From: Candidatus Omnitrophota bacterium
GTDB lineage: Bacteria; Omnitrophota; Gorgyraeia; Zapsychrales; JAHFFX01
Reading direction: 5' to 3'
Assembly (NCBI GenBank): GCA_023247725.1
Contig: JAHFFW010000002.1
Span: 160-64,159 of the forward strand
Length of the DNA: 64,000 bases
Positions 50,801 through 59,400 of the stretch are shown in pieces. Every line of letters starts with the position of its first letter. The first letter of the stretch is position 1. The translations under genes and the position numbers were made by a program. The notes below the pieces were generated by a model. The model searched no databases. It saw only the letters and a list, made by a program, of their open reading frames with translations, and had not been told where the DNA came from.

Positions 50801-52987
50801 TTTGATGCCCCTCACGTTATACCGGATTGGGATAAGGCTTTAGCGTTGGAGGCTTGCAGGCAGAATGCAGGGCCGGATTCATGCGGGGTTAAATATACCA
50901 CGTGTGCGAACAACGAAGCTCAATGCGAGCTCGATGTGCAGAATTGCAATAACTGCCTTACAGGCACCATCCCTCCAGGCTGTGATCTTCAAAGGACCCA
51001 ATGTAACAGTAATTGCACCCGGTGCTGGAATACCGCTTACGTACCCTGCTATAACAGCTGCAATACGAGCTGTACAAATTTTCCTTGCCCAAGTGATCCG
51101 TCATGCTCAACACCAAATCCGGCGTATTGTTGTGATCCAGCTAATTATTATAAGCCTTACCCCGATTGCTCGACATATTGCGCTCAGGGCTGCTCCTGTA
51201 ATCCCGGATACTCGAACTGCTCTGACTATTGTCAGGCATTCTACATTAGCTGCTTTTCAGGATGTACGGGGGGGTGTTCTCCAAGTCTTTGGGCTGGCTG
51301 TGCAAATAGAAAGGCTGGGGGAAGCTGTGATGGCAGTCCACCTCATTCTTGCGCGTGTAATGAACAAGCGTGCCGCGATCAGGCCCAATGTACCATCACG
51401 GTGGGCAGTTATACCGCCAATAAAGACTGCGATGATATTGTGATGAGGACTTGCCCCTGCACCGGCACTTATGAAACCTGTGCAGCCCTATGTCCTGACA
51501 AAGCCGCCTGCGAGGCAGCCTGTCTTGATATCGCTATTGATTCCTCCGTGGAATTGCCCGGCGTGCAATTACGGCCAGGCTTTCAACCCGACCCGGTTTG
51601 TTTAAAAAACTGCCGCGATATAAATAAAACCTGTCTGAATAATTGTCGAACTACATATCAAGACTGCATGGCAACAGATTCGGCCCTTCCCGGCCTTCCA
51701 TCGGGAGGATTCGTCGACTGCGCTTGCGGTGATGCCTATTGTTCCTTTGGCTGTAGTGACTGCCCGCCGGCGGGTGGTCCTAACTGTCAGTTGCAACAGG
51801 AAATCGATAATGCCTATGGAAGCTGTCTTCAGTGGGGTGACGGCAATCCCTTTTATGAGATGGTCTGGCGCTCGTGGATTTTGTCCCAGGGTGACTGCGT
51901 GGAGCAGGAACCTCAGCTGGCGTCACCCGACGGAGATGGGTTCTCACGTTGGGATTTTGATCCGCTCATTTATGACAGCTATCGCGAAGCCATCAGCCAA
52001 GTCGAAAAGTTCAAACACCGGGCAAAGTTTCTTCAAAAAGTGGATTTAGGGGCACGCAAGGTACTCCCCATGGCCGGACGCATCATGGATGAGTTCAAGA
52101 TGTTTGTCTACGGGCCGGATTTGAATTTTTCCATTAATGGGACGGTGGACAGCGGCGTGGAAAAATTGATTTGCCAGCGAAAAAGCCTGGAAGGGAGACT
52201 CACGCCCGGACAATGCGCCTGCGAAGTGATGGAAGACGGATCAACCCAGTGCGGCACCTTCTTCGGCAACGCCGGCGGCGGGACCGAATTGCCCTATCAT
52301 GTTGTTTATGGCTGGCAAAGCGAACGCCAGCCCGGAAAGGCGCGCGGGACCTGGCACTTTGTGCGCGTGGACGCCAAAATTCCCGGGCGCTGCAAGGGCC
52401 AATGCTATACCGATCGGGCGGCCGCCGAACAAAAAGCTGGAGTTCCCGTTGAGGAATTGGAGCCAGGATTTCCGATTGTCAAGTCCTATACCCGTCATTG
52501 GGGAACCCGGCGCTGCTATTCTCTCGGCGACAGTTTTGATAAGGTCAATACCTGCGACGATGAAGGAAAATATGACGATGCGAAGCAGTGCTTCCAAGGC
52601 GGGGTGGTTATGACCCAGGTTGTTCGTTATGATGAAGATGCGGATCTGTTGTTCAAATTTGCCAACAATTTCAATATTTGGAAGGCAAAATTTTTCCATC
52701 CCCAGGTGGGCCCGCCGATGGGATCGTTGGATAATTTGGAGAGCATCTGTCCTCCGCTCACGGACCCCGCCATCGGCGGCAATCCACCCATCGTCCAGAA
52801 AGGGGCTTTTATGCTGAATCGTGTCAGTGACAATGAGGCTTGTTGGAATACGGTTAAGTCCTATTTGAAGCGCGGCGTGGCCTCCAAAACGTGCGCCCAA
52901 TATTACTTCCATAATGAAACCCCGCGCGGGATGAATCTCAAATTTATTCCCTGTCCGGGGAGAATCACGGTTGATGACGTGAATTAA
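47813..52987 (+). CDS. giant TadG-like pilin-fusion protein with extremely cysteine-rich extracellular region
   Basis: 1724 aa; N-terminal TadE/TadG-type segment (RSGGQVAVILILITAIALILYAVVLNLG) plus further TM helices, then about 1500 aa with well over 150 Cys in CxxC/CxC/CC arrays (e.g. CNNCLTGTIPPGCDLQRTQCNSNCTRCWNTAYVPCYNSCNTSCTNFPC...). The long antisense ORFs in this region are artefacts of its GC-rich codon usage. Confidence 0.7.
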   Translation: MIRFLHKIFAKFSRTKLRSGGQVAVILILITAIALILYAVVLNLGRISTHKTLVTMASSVGTSFLASEMASYAESMYQVQLGGEKGAKDDTSVCAFTGWFAALIKVALVVAALVIIIVTHGSGWMIAMAIIGLVVAGIGAFMQIAFIQPGITKLWNKQMADMSEPDNFVESGIRTALQAVVTDNEYVPDVYDQDLDRKTFAADGDKINRFAYYYTDRLSRHPSNDPRVAREFQKDLRRLLITLYLPADCSDPSNPSAHPCCFDPANNWKVLPSYCNQCCVFSDLDTRIDPNTGTFVKDEFGRRLYKNTARPQCCYDPLNEPGGAGTRAAPDTYYCGTTETCGNLNGNDKDPFNAATHPVAADPNDLRWIYDPFWEDERNFNVLSMRARIGRDDETKTYRLPFKGGYDFPPTMTPDALGVSPGDMWRLNDTKYWDLTTPITTELPDLNIFPFLYRLTWGVDLRDRTVYDAEMTPNTWPVGEPEKCHWYNMNQFFGGAPCPPPYSDDPVTMNTADLKGNLPLGYPVQLYLSLDPATLTYTKAGWVEGLGQGMCQGSACVSDKILNIPGLITKNDDCALDDAAHRDCDHALDPPWDCIQYYSWKPGADRYCNLNWPYFARCAKYGVCCFGDSEVECDCGDGVGGPNSALVASCSDEVPGKLRYISAPDPGDAWADDPLDEFIYGSGEFIAWAKAIVESSPQNLNENLRNWYSEAATWIEPGCPRPPCSSGFVNQLNPGALFRWIDQFDSYQRNLAFWLGMERRAGSRDELGDLCNEVWCVPGNPDGSVGDPTGKELRDICDAASCPAICPGVKKGGTETLLGVITDYVGEGAPRPTGSFFGVDAEGLPAVGNPTGVINCLNFNALDGDVIDPYTDPFTGQIFSDANDPANALSGNSAKFVRAWETCDETTTLMLPRSLLHPDRNFDTNEFVPPHHPKKRVDLGVNGQYSDPEFFKKCLDDCNPGPGSGDWGKYCEPATEYGEPTPFRGPAKATIPTYPVFDAPHVIPDWDKALALEACRQNAGPDSCGVKYTTCANNEAQCELDVQNCNNCLTGTIPPGCDLQRTQCNSNCTRCWNTAYVPCYNSCNTSCTNFPCPSDPSCSTPNPAYCCDPANYYKPYPDCSTYCAQGCSCNPGYSNCSDYCQAFYISCFSGCTGGCSPSLWAGCANRKAGGSCDGSPPHSCACNEQACRDQAQCTITVGSYTANKDCDDIVMRTCPCTGTYETCAALCPDKAACEAACLDIAIDSSVELPGVQLRPGFQPDPVCLKNCRDINKTCLNNCRTTYQDCMATDSALPGLPSGGFVDCACGDAYCSFGCSDCPPAGGPNCQLQQEIDNAYGSCLQWGDGNPFYEMVWRSWILSQGDCVEQEPQLASPDGDGFSRWDFDPLIYDSYREAISQVEKFKHRAKFLQKVDLGARKVLPMAGRIMDEFKMFVYGPDLNFSINGTVDSGVEKLICQRKSLEGRLTPGQCACEVMEDGSTQCGTFFGNAGGGTELPYHVVYGWQSERQPGKARGTWHFVRVDAKIPGRCKGQCYTDRAAAEQKAGVPVEELEPGFPIVKSYTRHWGTRRCYSLGDSFDKVNTCDDEGKYDDAKQCFQGGVVMTQVVRYDEDADLLFKFANNFNIWKAKFFHPQVGPPMGSLDNLESICPPLTDPAIGGNPPIVQKGAFMLNRVSDNEACWNTVKSYLKRGVASKTCAQYYFHNETPRGMNLKFIPCPGRITVDDVN

Positions 52988-53003
52988 AAAGCGAAAAGGT
53001 TGA

Positions 53004-53345
53004 ATGTCATTCGCAAGATTTCTTATGAAACGATTTGATTTTTTAACGAAAGGCGCTTCAACACTTGAATATGCCACGATGATCGTGGTCCTTATTGCGG
53101 TTATGTTGATCATGCAGAAGTATGTCTGGCAGGCGATCTCGGGTCGCTGGAGGGCGGCCGGTGATTCCTTTGGTTTTGGCCGGCAATACCTGCCCTCCAG
53201 AACAAAGGAATACGCCGTTTTTATGGTGAGCCCCGATCCGTCGAAAGATTTTTGGTACGATACGAATTGTGCGGAAAAAGCGGGTTGCTTGCCGGGAAAT
53301 CAAACGTGTTTTCAAGGATGTCTGAGCACCGTGACGCTCCCTTAG
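53004..53345 (+). CDS. Flp/TadE-like pilin with C-terminal Cys pairs
   Basis: KGASTLEYATMIVVLIAVMLIM prepilin motif; C-terminal CAEKAGCLPGNQTCFQGC. Confidence 0.55.
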   Translation: MSFARFLMKRFDFLTKGASTLEYATMIVVLIAVMLIMQKYVWQAISGRWRAAGDSFGFGRQYLPSRTKEYAVFMVSPDPSKDFWYDTNCAEKAGCLPGNQTCFQGCLSTVTLP

Positions 53346-53369
53346 TACAATGGAAAGAAAGGATAATGC

Positions 53370-54227
53370 ATGATTTTTATTATTATCGGAATGGTCTTTG
53401 GCGCCGTCGGGGTTCTTTGTTATGCGGCGGTTCCATTATTTTTGAATACCACGGTCGCCATTAGTCAGAGGCGGTCCCAAACGTTTGCCAATAAAATGCA
53501 GCGCGTGGTGATGAAGTCCGAAATTCAACGGATGTCGCAATTTTATGTGATCGCGCCGGTTCTGTTTGGCGCTCTTGGCTATTTTGTTTTACCTCCGGAG
53601 TTGAGGGTGATCGGTGTCGTGGTCGGCATCGTGCTCGGGTTCGTGGGCCCGAGCATCTACATCAAATTTTTGGTCAGACGCCGGAAGGATAAATTTAATC
53701 ACCAGCTCATCGATGCCTTGATGATCATGTCAAGTTCCTTTCGCGGGGGATTGAGTTTGATTCAGGCCATGGAGGCCGTCGTCGAGGAAATGCCCGACCC
53801 CATCAGCCAGGAAATTGGCACAGTTCTGAACGAAAATAAAATGGGTGTGTCTCTGGAAGAGGCCTTGAACCATTTGTATGAACGCATCCCTTCCCCGGCC
53901 CTGCAACAAACGATCACGGCCATTCTTTTGGCGAGGGAAACCGGGGGTAATCTGCCGGTTATTTTTTCCCGCATCGTCAATTCCATCCGGGAACACAATA
54001 AAATTCAGCAAAATATTGACACCTTGACTTTACAGGGAAAGATTCAGGGCTCGGTGATGAGTCTGTTGCCCATTGGTTTCGCTTTTATCGTTTATTCAAC
54101 TAACCCGAAATTTTTTGACAGCATGGTGAATACAGAAATGGGACGCATGCTCCTTGTCTATGCGGCGTTTTCGGAGTGCATCGGCGCTTACTTGATCTGG
54201 AAGATCAGTACGTTTAAGGATTTTTAA
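53370..54227 (+). CDS. tadB: Flp pilus assembly inner-membrane protein TadB
   Basis: 285 aa; T2SS-F domain (…ALMIMSSSFRGGLSLIQAMEAV…); polytopic membrane protein. Confidence 0.8.
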   Translation: MIFIIIGMVFGAVGVLCYAAVPLFLNTTVAISQRRSQTFANKMQRVVMKSEIQRMSQFYVIAPVLFGALGYFVLPPELRVIGVVVGIVLGFVGPSIYIKFLVRRRKDKFNHQLIDALMIMSSSFRGGLSLIQAMEAVVEEMPDPISQEIGTVLNENKMGVSLEEALNHLYERIPSPALQQTITAILLARETGGNLPVIFSRIVNSIREHNKIQQNIDTLTLQGKIQGSVMSLLPIGFAFIVYSTNPKFFDSMVNTEMGRMLLVYAAFSECIGAYLIWKISTFKDF

Positions 54228-54306
54228 TGAGCGCATAAGTTACGCGACTGCTAAGGAGCGTAACTTAGCGCGCGAATTAATCCCCGAAGGGGATAATGAA
54301 AAGGGA

Positions 54307-55203
54307 TTGACTATGATAACCGTCATTTTAATGATGATCTTCTTGTCCGTTTTCAGCTTTATCCTGGGTGTGGCGCCGGTGGATTGGGAGAATCGGCCGC
54401 GGCTGCATTTGTTTGGCGAGGAAATGATCCAGGCGAAACGAAAGAAAAGTCCTTTAACGCCAGTTCTAAGTTTGACGCGCAAGATCGCGCTCATTAACAA
54501 ACCCTTCACCATCGGGCATCTGGGTAAGAGGATTAGCCGGGATCTGGCCATGGCCAGGGTCAACCTCACTCCAGAAGAGTTCTTCTTTATTAAGGAAGTG
54601 ACGATCATCGGAACATTGGCTTTATCTTACCCTTACGTTGAACCGGATATGCTGGTGTTCTGGGTTCTCATTGGAATCGCCTTCGGGTATATGTTGCCCG
54701 AGTTTTGGTTAAAGGGAAAGATCAAGAAGGTCAGAAATACCATTGTTAAGGAATTGCCGGATTCCATCGATCTTTTGACACTGTGCGTTAATGCGGGATT
54801 AGATTTCATGTTGGCCCTCAAGTGGGTCGTGGAAAAATCACCGCCTTCGGTCATGATCAGTGAATTCAACACACTGATGCAAGAAATTAATCTGGGCAAA
54901 ACCCGTCGAGACGCCATCCGAGATCTTGCCACCAAATATGAATTGCCAGATTTATCCACCTTGGCCCGCACCCTCATTCAGGCGGATAAAATGGGAACAT
55001 CCGTAGCGGAGGCCTTAAATATTCTTTCCGAAGATATGCGGCTGGCCCGATTCCGTCGAGGCGAGCAATTGGCCTTGAAGGCCCCCCTTAAGATGCTTGT
55101 GCCTTTGCTGCTTTTTATTTTCCCGGTTGTGGGAGTTCTCGTCGCCGGGCCCATCTTTCTCGATTTTATTCAAAATAATCCTCTGCAAGGTCTCGCGCAG
55201 TAA
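54307..55203 (+). CDS. tadC: Flp pilus assembly inner-membrane protein TadC
   Basis: 298 aa; T2SS-F domain (…LPDSIDLLTLCVNAGLDFMLALKWV…). Confidence 0.8.
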   Translation: MTMITVILMMIFLSVFSFILGVAPVDWENRPRLHLFGEEMIQAKRKKSPLTPVLSLTRKIALINKPFTIGHLGKRISRDLAMARVNLTPEEFFFIKEVTIIGTLALSYPYVEPDMLVFWVLIGIAFGYMLPEFWLKGKIKKVRNTIVKELPDSIDLLTLCVNAGLDFMLALKWVVEKSPPSVMISEFNTLMQEINLGKTRRDAIRDLATKYELPDLSTLARTLIQADKMGTSVAEALNILSEDMRLARFRRGEQLALKAPLKMLVPLLLFIFPVVGVLVAGPIFLDFIQNNPLQGLAQ

Positions 55204-55225
55204 ACCCCGTAAAATTTCTAGATAA

Positions 55226-55252
55226 GCCGCGACTTCGTCGGCGGCTTTTTTT
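55226..55252 (+). terminator. rho-independent terminator after tadC
   Basis: GC-rich stem gccgcgac/gtcggcggc followed by T7. Confidence 0.5.
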
Positions 55253-55281
55253 CTACGCGGTAAAATATTTTTTTTACCAAT

Positions 55282-55319
55282 CCCGCATTGGTATTGAGAC
55301 AGGCTAATGCGGGTTTTTT
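55282..55319 (+). terminator. second terminator-like hairpin
   Basis: cccgcatt(N16)aatgcggg followed by T6. Confidence 0.45.
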
Positions 55320-56143
55320 ACGACTTTATTTTCCCCCGAGAAAAAGATCCATTTTTTGCATGGATTACCTGGCGCAGCGAAGCCGCAACCAAAAGGAATT
55401 CGGTTATGGTTAGGATGCCCGTTTCGGGTTTCGGTGGCGTCTAGCGGCTTTTTAAAACCGTTACCGATGGACGCATAACGATACCGGGATCGTTACCGAT
55501 CAACGACAAACCAAAAACTTTGCTAAAAAAAAGTTTTATGCATTTGGCAATGCAGATTCCCAGAGTAATTGATTTTAAATCAAAAAGATCGGTAATGCAG
55601 GGTTAATCTATGTCCATTCTAATAAATAATGTCCATTAATAAAAAATTTTGAATTATGGTTTCAGAAATTTGAGGAAATGATGGAATGGAGACCCTTGCC
55701 GTGCTTCGCATAAAAAATTGTAAGCGCTGTTAATATCTCTTGGTCCTCCTTACACGGCATTTTTTTAAAACTCAATGAACCACCCCGCAGCAAGCTGACG
55801 GGGTATCCACAGCAAACTGCCAAAAGGAAGCGCAGCAAGCTGCGGGGAATTATACCCAAAGAGAATTAAACTTTGAATAAAAAAAATCTCACGCAAAATT
55901 AATATTTGGCAGTGGAAGTCAGGAATCGCGTGATTTTCCTGGTTGAAATTTTTTTGCGGTTTGTTTTGCCACGCTCGACGGAAAAAATTTAAAAAGATAA
56001 AAGTCATTTTAAAAAAATAGAAATTCCTTTACACGTTCGAAACAAAAAATCTCCCATTGGAGGTTATTTTTTTGATTTTTTTAAGAGACATGTAAGTTGT
56101 TGATATATTTAAACATTTATCTCTAAATTAGCTTGCCCCTGGC

Positions 56144-56172
56144 TTGTCACACTTTTACAATAATGTTATACT
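56144..56172 (+). promoter_or_regulatory. sigma70-like promoter candidate for the giant ORF
   Basis: TTGTCA -35 (56144-56149), 17-nt spacer, TATACT -10 (56167-56172); about 320 nt upstream of the ORF start. Confidence 0.3.
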
Positions 56173-56490
56173 TTCACTGCATCGCCCGAGGGATCTCTTT
56201 CGAAGGGCATTTCCGACGGGAAAAATGAGAAACCCTCCTCTTTAATTCAAAAGGCTTTTTGAATTCCAACTGTTTTACCAAGCTCATACAAAATTGAATC
56301 GACCCCATCAAAACAACCAGCCGCTTCACTTAATTTTTGATAATACTAATACTACTTTAATTGACTGTTTGTTTTCGATGGGGAATTTGATTCGCAGCTG
56401 GCTCATCCTCCGAGCCTCAATGGTTTTTTGTCCTTACCGAATAGAGCCCGTATAGTCCAATTTAGATTGGACAATAATGGGATTAGGTGG

Positions 56491-59400
56491 ATGGATAACA
56501 GAATGGACAAAAAAGATCCTGCGATCGCTGAAGATGGCGAAAGTATCGAAAGTCCTATTAATGATTATATTGGACAATTAGATATCCATCTTAGCAAAGA
56601 GCGCAAGCGCTTCAAAAGCCGCTTTAAACAATGGATTCGAAATGTGGCTTTTGTGGTGGTCTTCGTTTTTACTCCGGAGCAGATCAGCTGGGCATTCAAT
56701 TACGACCCCACGGTTTTATGGCGCGATAAATTCGCTCACCAAGCCCAGGTTGCTTCCTCTGTGGCCTCTGCCGAAGAAATCTCCTCTGCCAATATTGCTG
56801 CCAGCGTTGAGCAGCTTCTCAACCAAATCGCCTACAAAGAAAAATCCCGCATCCAATTAAAGATCACCAATTCCGCCATCGCCAATTCCGAACTCAACAC
56901 TCGTGATCTGGCCATTGACTCGAATGTCTTTTTTACCAAAAACCGCATTAAAGAGATCTATGATTGGTTAAAAAGTCCCGACATCCATCCGCTTAATTGC
57001 GGTATTTATGCCCTTCGCGATATCCTTTCGAGCCACCAAATTGAAATTTCCCTCGAAGAGCTCTCCGTTGCGACCTTGATGGTCGATCTCATGAATAATA
57101 TCGTCCGTCCCGGCGAGGAAAAACTCAAGACCTCGCTTTACGCGATTAATAAAGTCGTCGATGCCTATGGACTGAATCTTGAGCCTTTTAAATTGGATCC
57201 CAAAAATGTTCTTAAAGTCAAGCCACCCTTCATTGCCAATTTTGGATCTGAACACTTTGTGACGGTCACTCGCTTCGAAGGCAATACAGTTTATTTTATG
57301 GACATTGGCCGTTCCATGTCTTTGCCTCAAGACGAGTTTGTTTCCCAGCTGAGCGGCTTTATCCTGGCGGCAGAACCCACCGACTTGGGAATCGCTTATG
57401 AGCCGGTTCCCGACCAGATGATGGCCTTCATCTGGGGCAATCGCTGGCACAGCCGGCACCATCTGCTTCCTGGCCTTATCAGCGGCAAATCACTGGCCAT
57501 CAGCACGGCCATCAATGTGGGCATGATGTTTGGCGGTGCCTGGCTTGGCTCTGTCACGATGGGAAAAAACTTTACCACTCTTTTAGAGATTGCTATGACG
57601 CTTGGACAGGGAGCAAGCATTCTTGGCGAAAGCGTCGCCACCATGTGTGTCATGGCGGGCAAGTGTAGTGCGAAGACTGCCTTTTTGCTCAATATGGGAA
57701 TCAGTGCCGGTATAACGATGGGCGTCAGTGCCATGGCTTCGGCGGGAGCCTTTGGGCCCTATAGCAATCCGACAAGTTCCGTCAGTGCCCTGACCCAGAT
57801 TAACGCCCTTCTCGATAAACTTGGTATCGTGGGAGACGTGATCCAGCACATTGCCGGGGGTTTCAGCCACATTGCTAAAATTTTTGGAAGATTTTTTGGT
57901 ATCGGTCAAGGAAGGATTTTTGCTCAAAGTCCTTTCGGTTCATTTTTACAAAATATGGGGATGATCGGGCCTCATCAAACTTTTGTTGGGCAAATATTAG
58001 AAGGGGTCGCCAAAGGGATAGGCTGGGGCTTTAAACAATTGGCCAAGGTCTTTGGCTATAAAGAAAAACCAGCGCCTTCGGTTGACCCGACCGCGACAGT
58101 TGATCCTACGGCCGTATTGGAAAAAGGAGTGGTCGTCAAAGCCGGGGCCGTCGTGGAATCCGATGTTGTTTTAAAATCCGGGGCGGTCGTCGAAGCCGGT
58201 GCCATTATCAAAACGGGAAGCGTAGTTGGATCTGGAGCCCATATTGGCGAACACGCGATGATCGGAGCTAATTCACAGATTGGCGCCAATGCAACTATTG
58301 CAACCGATGCCATCGTAGGAGCACACGCCGTGATCGAAAAAGGCGCTACTGTTATGGCAGGCGCGACGGTGAGAGCGCAGGCCCGAGTTTTAGCGGGCGC
58401 GACCGTCGGGGGGGGCGAAAACGTGCCCATGGGAGCAATATTTACCGGCGAAGTGGCCGAGAAAGTTGCCAATGTTGCCCAGATTAGTGTGGTCCAGGCC
58501 TTGGGTCGATTTGGCGTTGGGTTTACCAAGGGTTTTGCCTTGGGGGTTGGGGTGGGCTATGTTGAGTATGAAATCGCCCAGATGATCCAAGATGCCCTGG
58601 GGGAAGATGCAAACCCCATTATCGTTCAGACCATCCTCACGATTGGAACCTCGGTTGGCGGCGCTCTGGCGATGACGGCGATCACGCATTTTGCGGATAA
58701 GGCGTTCCATGTGGGTTACGGAAAATTGACCGGCGACGATAAAGCGAAGGCAAAGGCAACAGAGGCGGCTGAACAAAAGGCCATGCGAGCTACATATGTT
58801 TATCAGTCTAGTGAGTCTAATTTGGAAGACCCTAATGATGTTTTTGGCAAAGCGATACTCAAAATGGAGAGGGATGAATTCGTGTTCCAAAAGGAGTTCA
58901 GCAAAGTCAATTCCCAATTTAGTTTCATCGGTCAGTTGTTCGCGGCCTTTAAGGGTGAATTGCCTAATATTGTTGGTCAATTGAGCGGCATGGCTATTCG
59001 TCTTTTGGCTTATCGATTAGCCGGCGGAAAAAATGCGAAGAAAAATATTGCGGATGCGGATACGAATTTTTCCCAGGCCCTGGGCCAGATCGGCAACACC
59101 ATCGGTTCCTTGGGATATTCTGGGTTGAGTCCCGCAGCCCGTCGGCAGATGCAAGAAAAACAACAAACATCGTGGGGACGTTTGCTTCTTCGACGACTCA
59201 CGCAGGGCGCCCTTGCTGCAGCCCTGTATCTTGGCCTGGACAAAATTGAAGATGGGTTAATTAGAAATCAAGGTTTTTCGGGGCTGGGCCCAGGGATGGA
59301 TGCCTTGGAGGTCCGGGCATTGTTGTTTTTGGGGTCAGCGGTTGTGGTTGGCTTTTCTAAGGCCTTGACCCTGAAGCTGGTGGGATATTTTCCCGTTATA

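Noticed and set aside
48176-53113. Long antisense ORFs (235, 234 and 290 aa) inside the tadG-like gene
   Set aside because: The sense frame encodes a continuous 1724-aa protein with coherent TadG N-terminus; GC-rich Cys/Gly/Pro codons commonly leave open antisense frames
58390-58980. 196-aa minus-strand ORF within the giant ORF
   Set aside because: Antisense to the continuous open frame 1; no independent support
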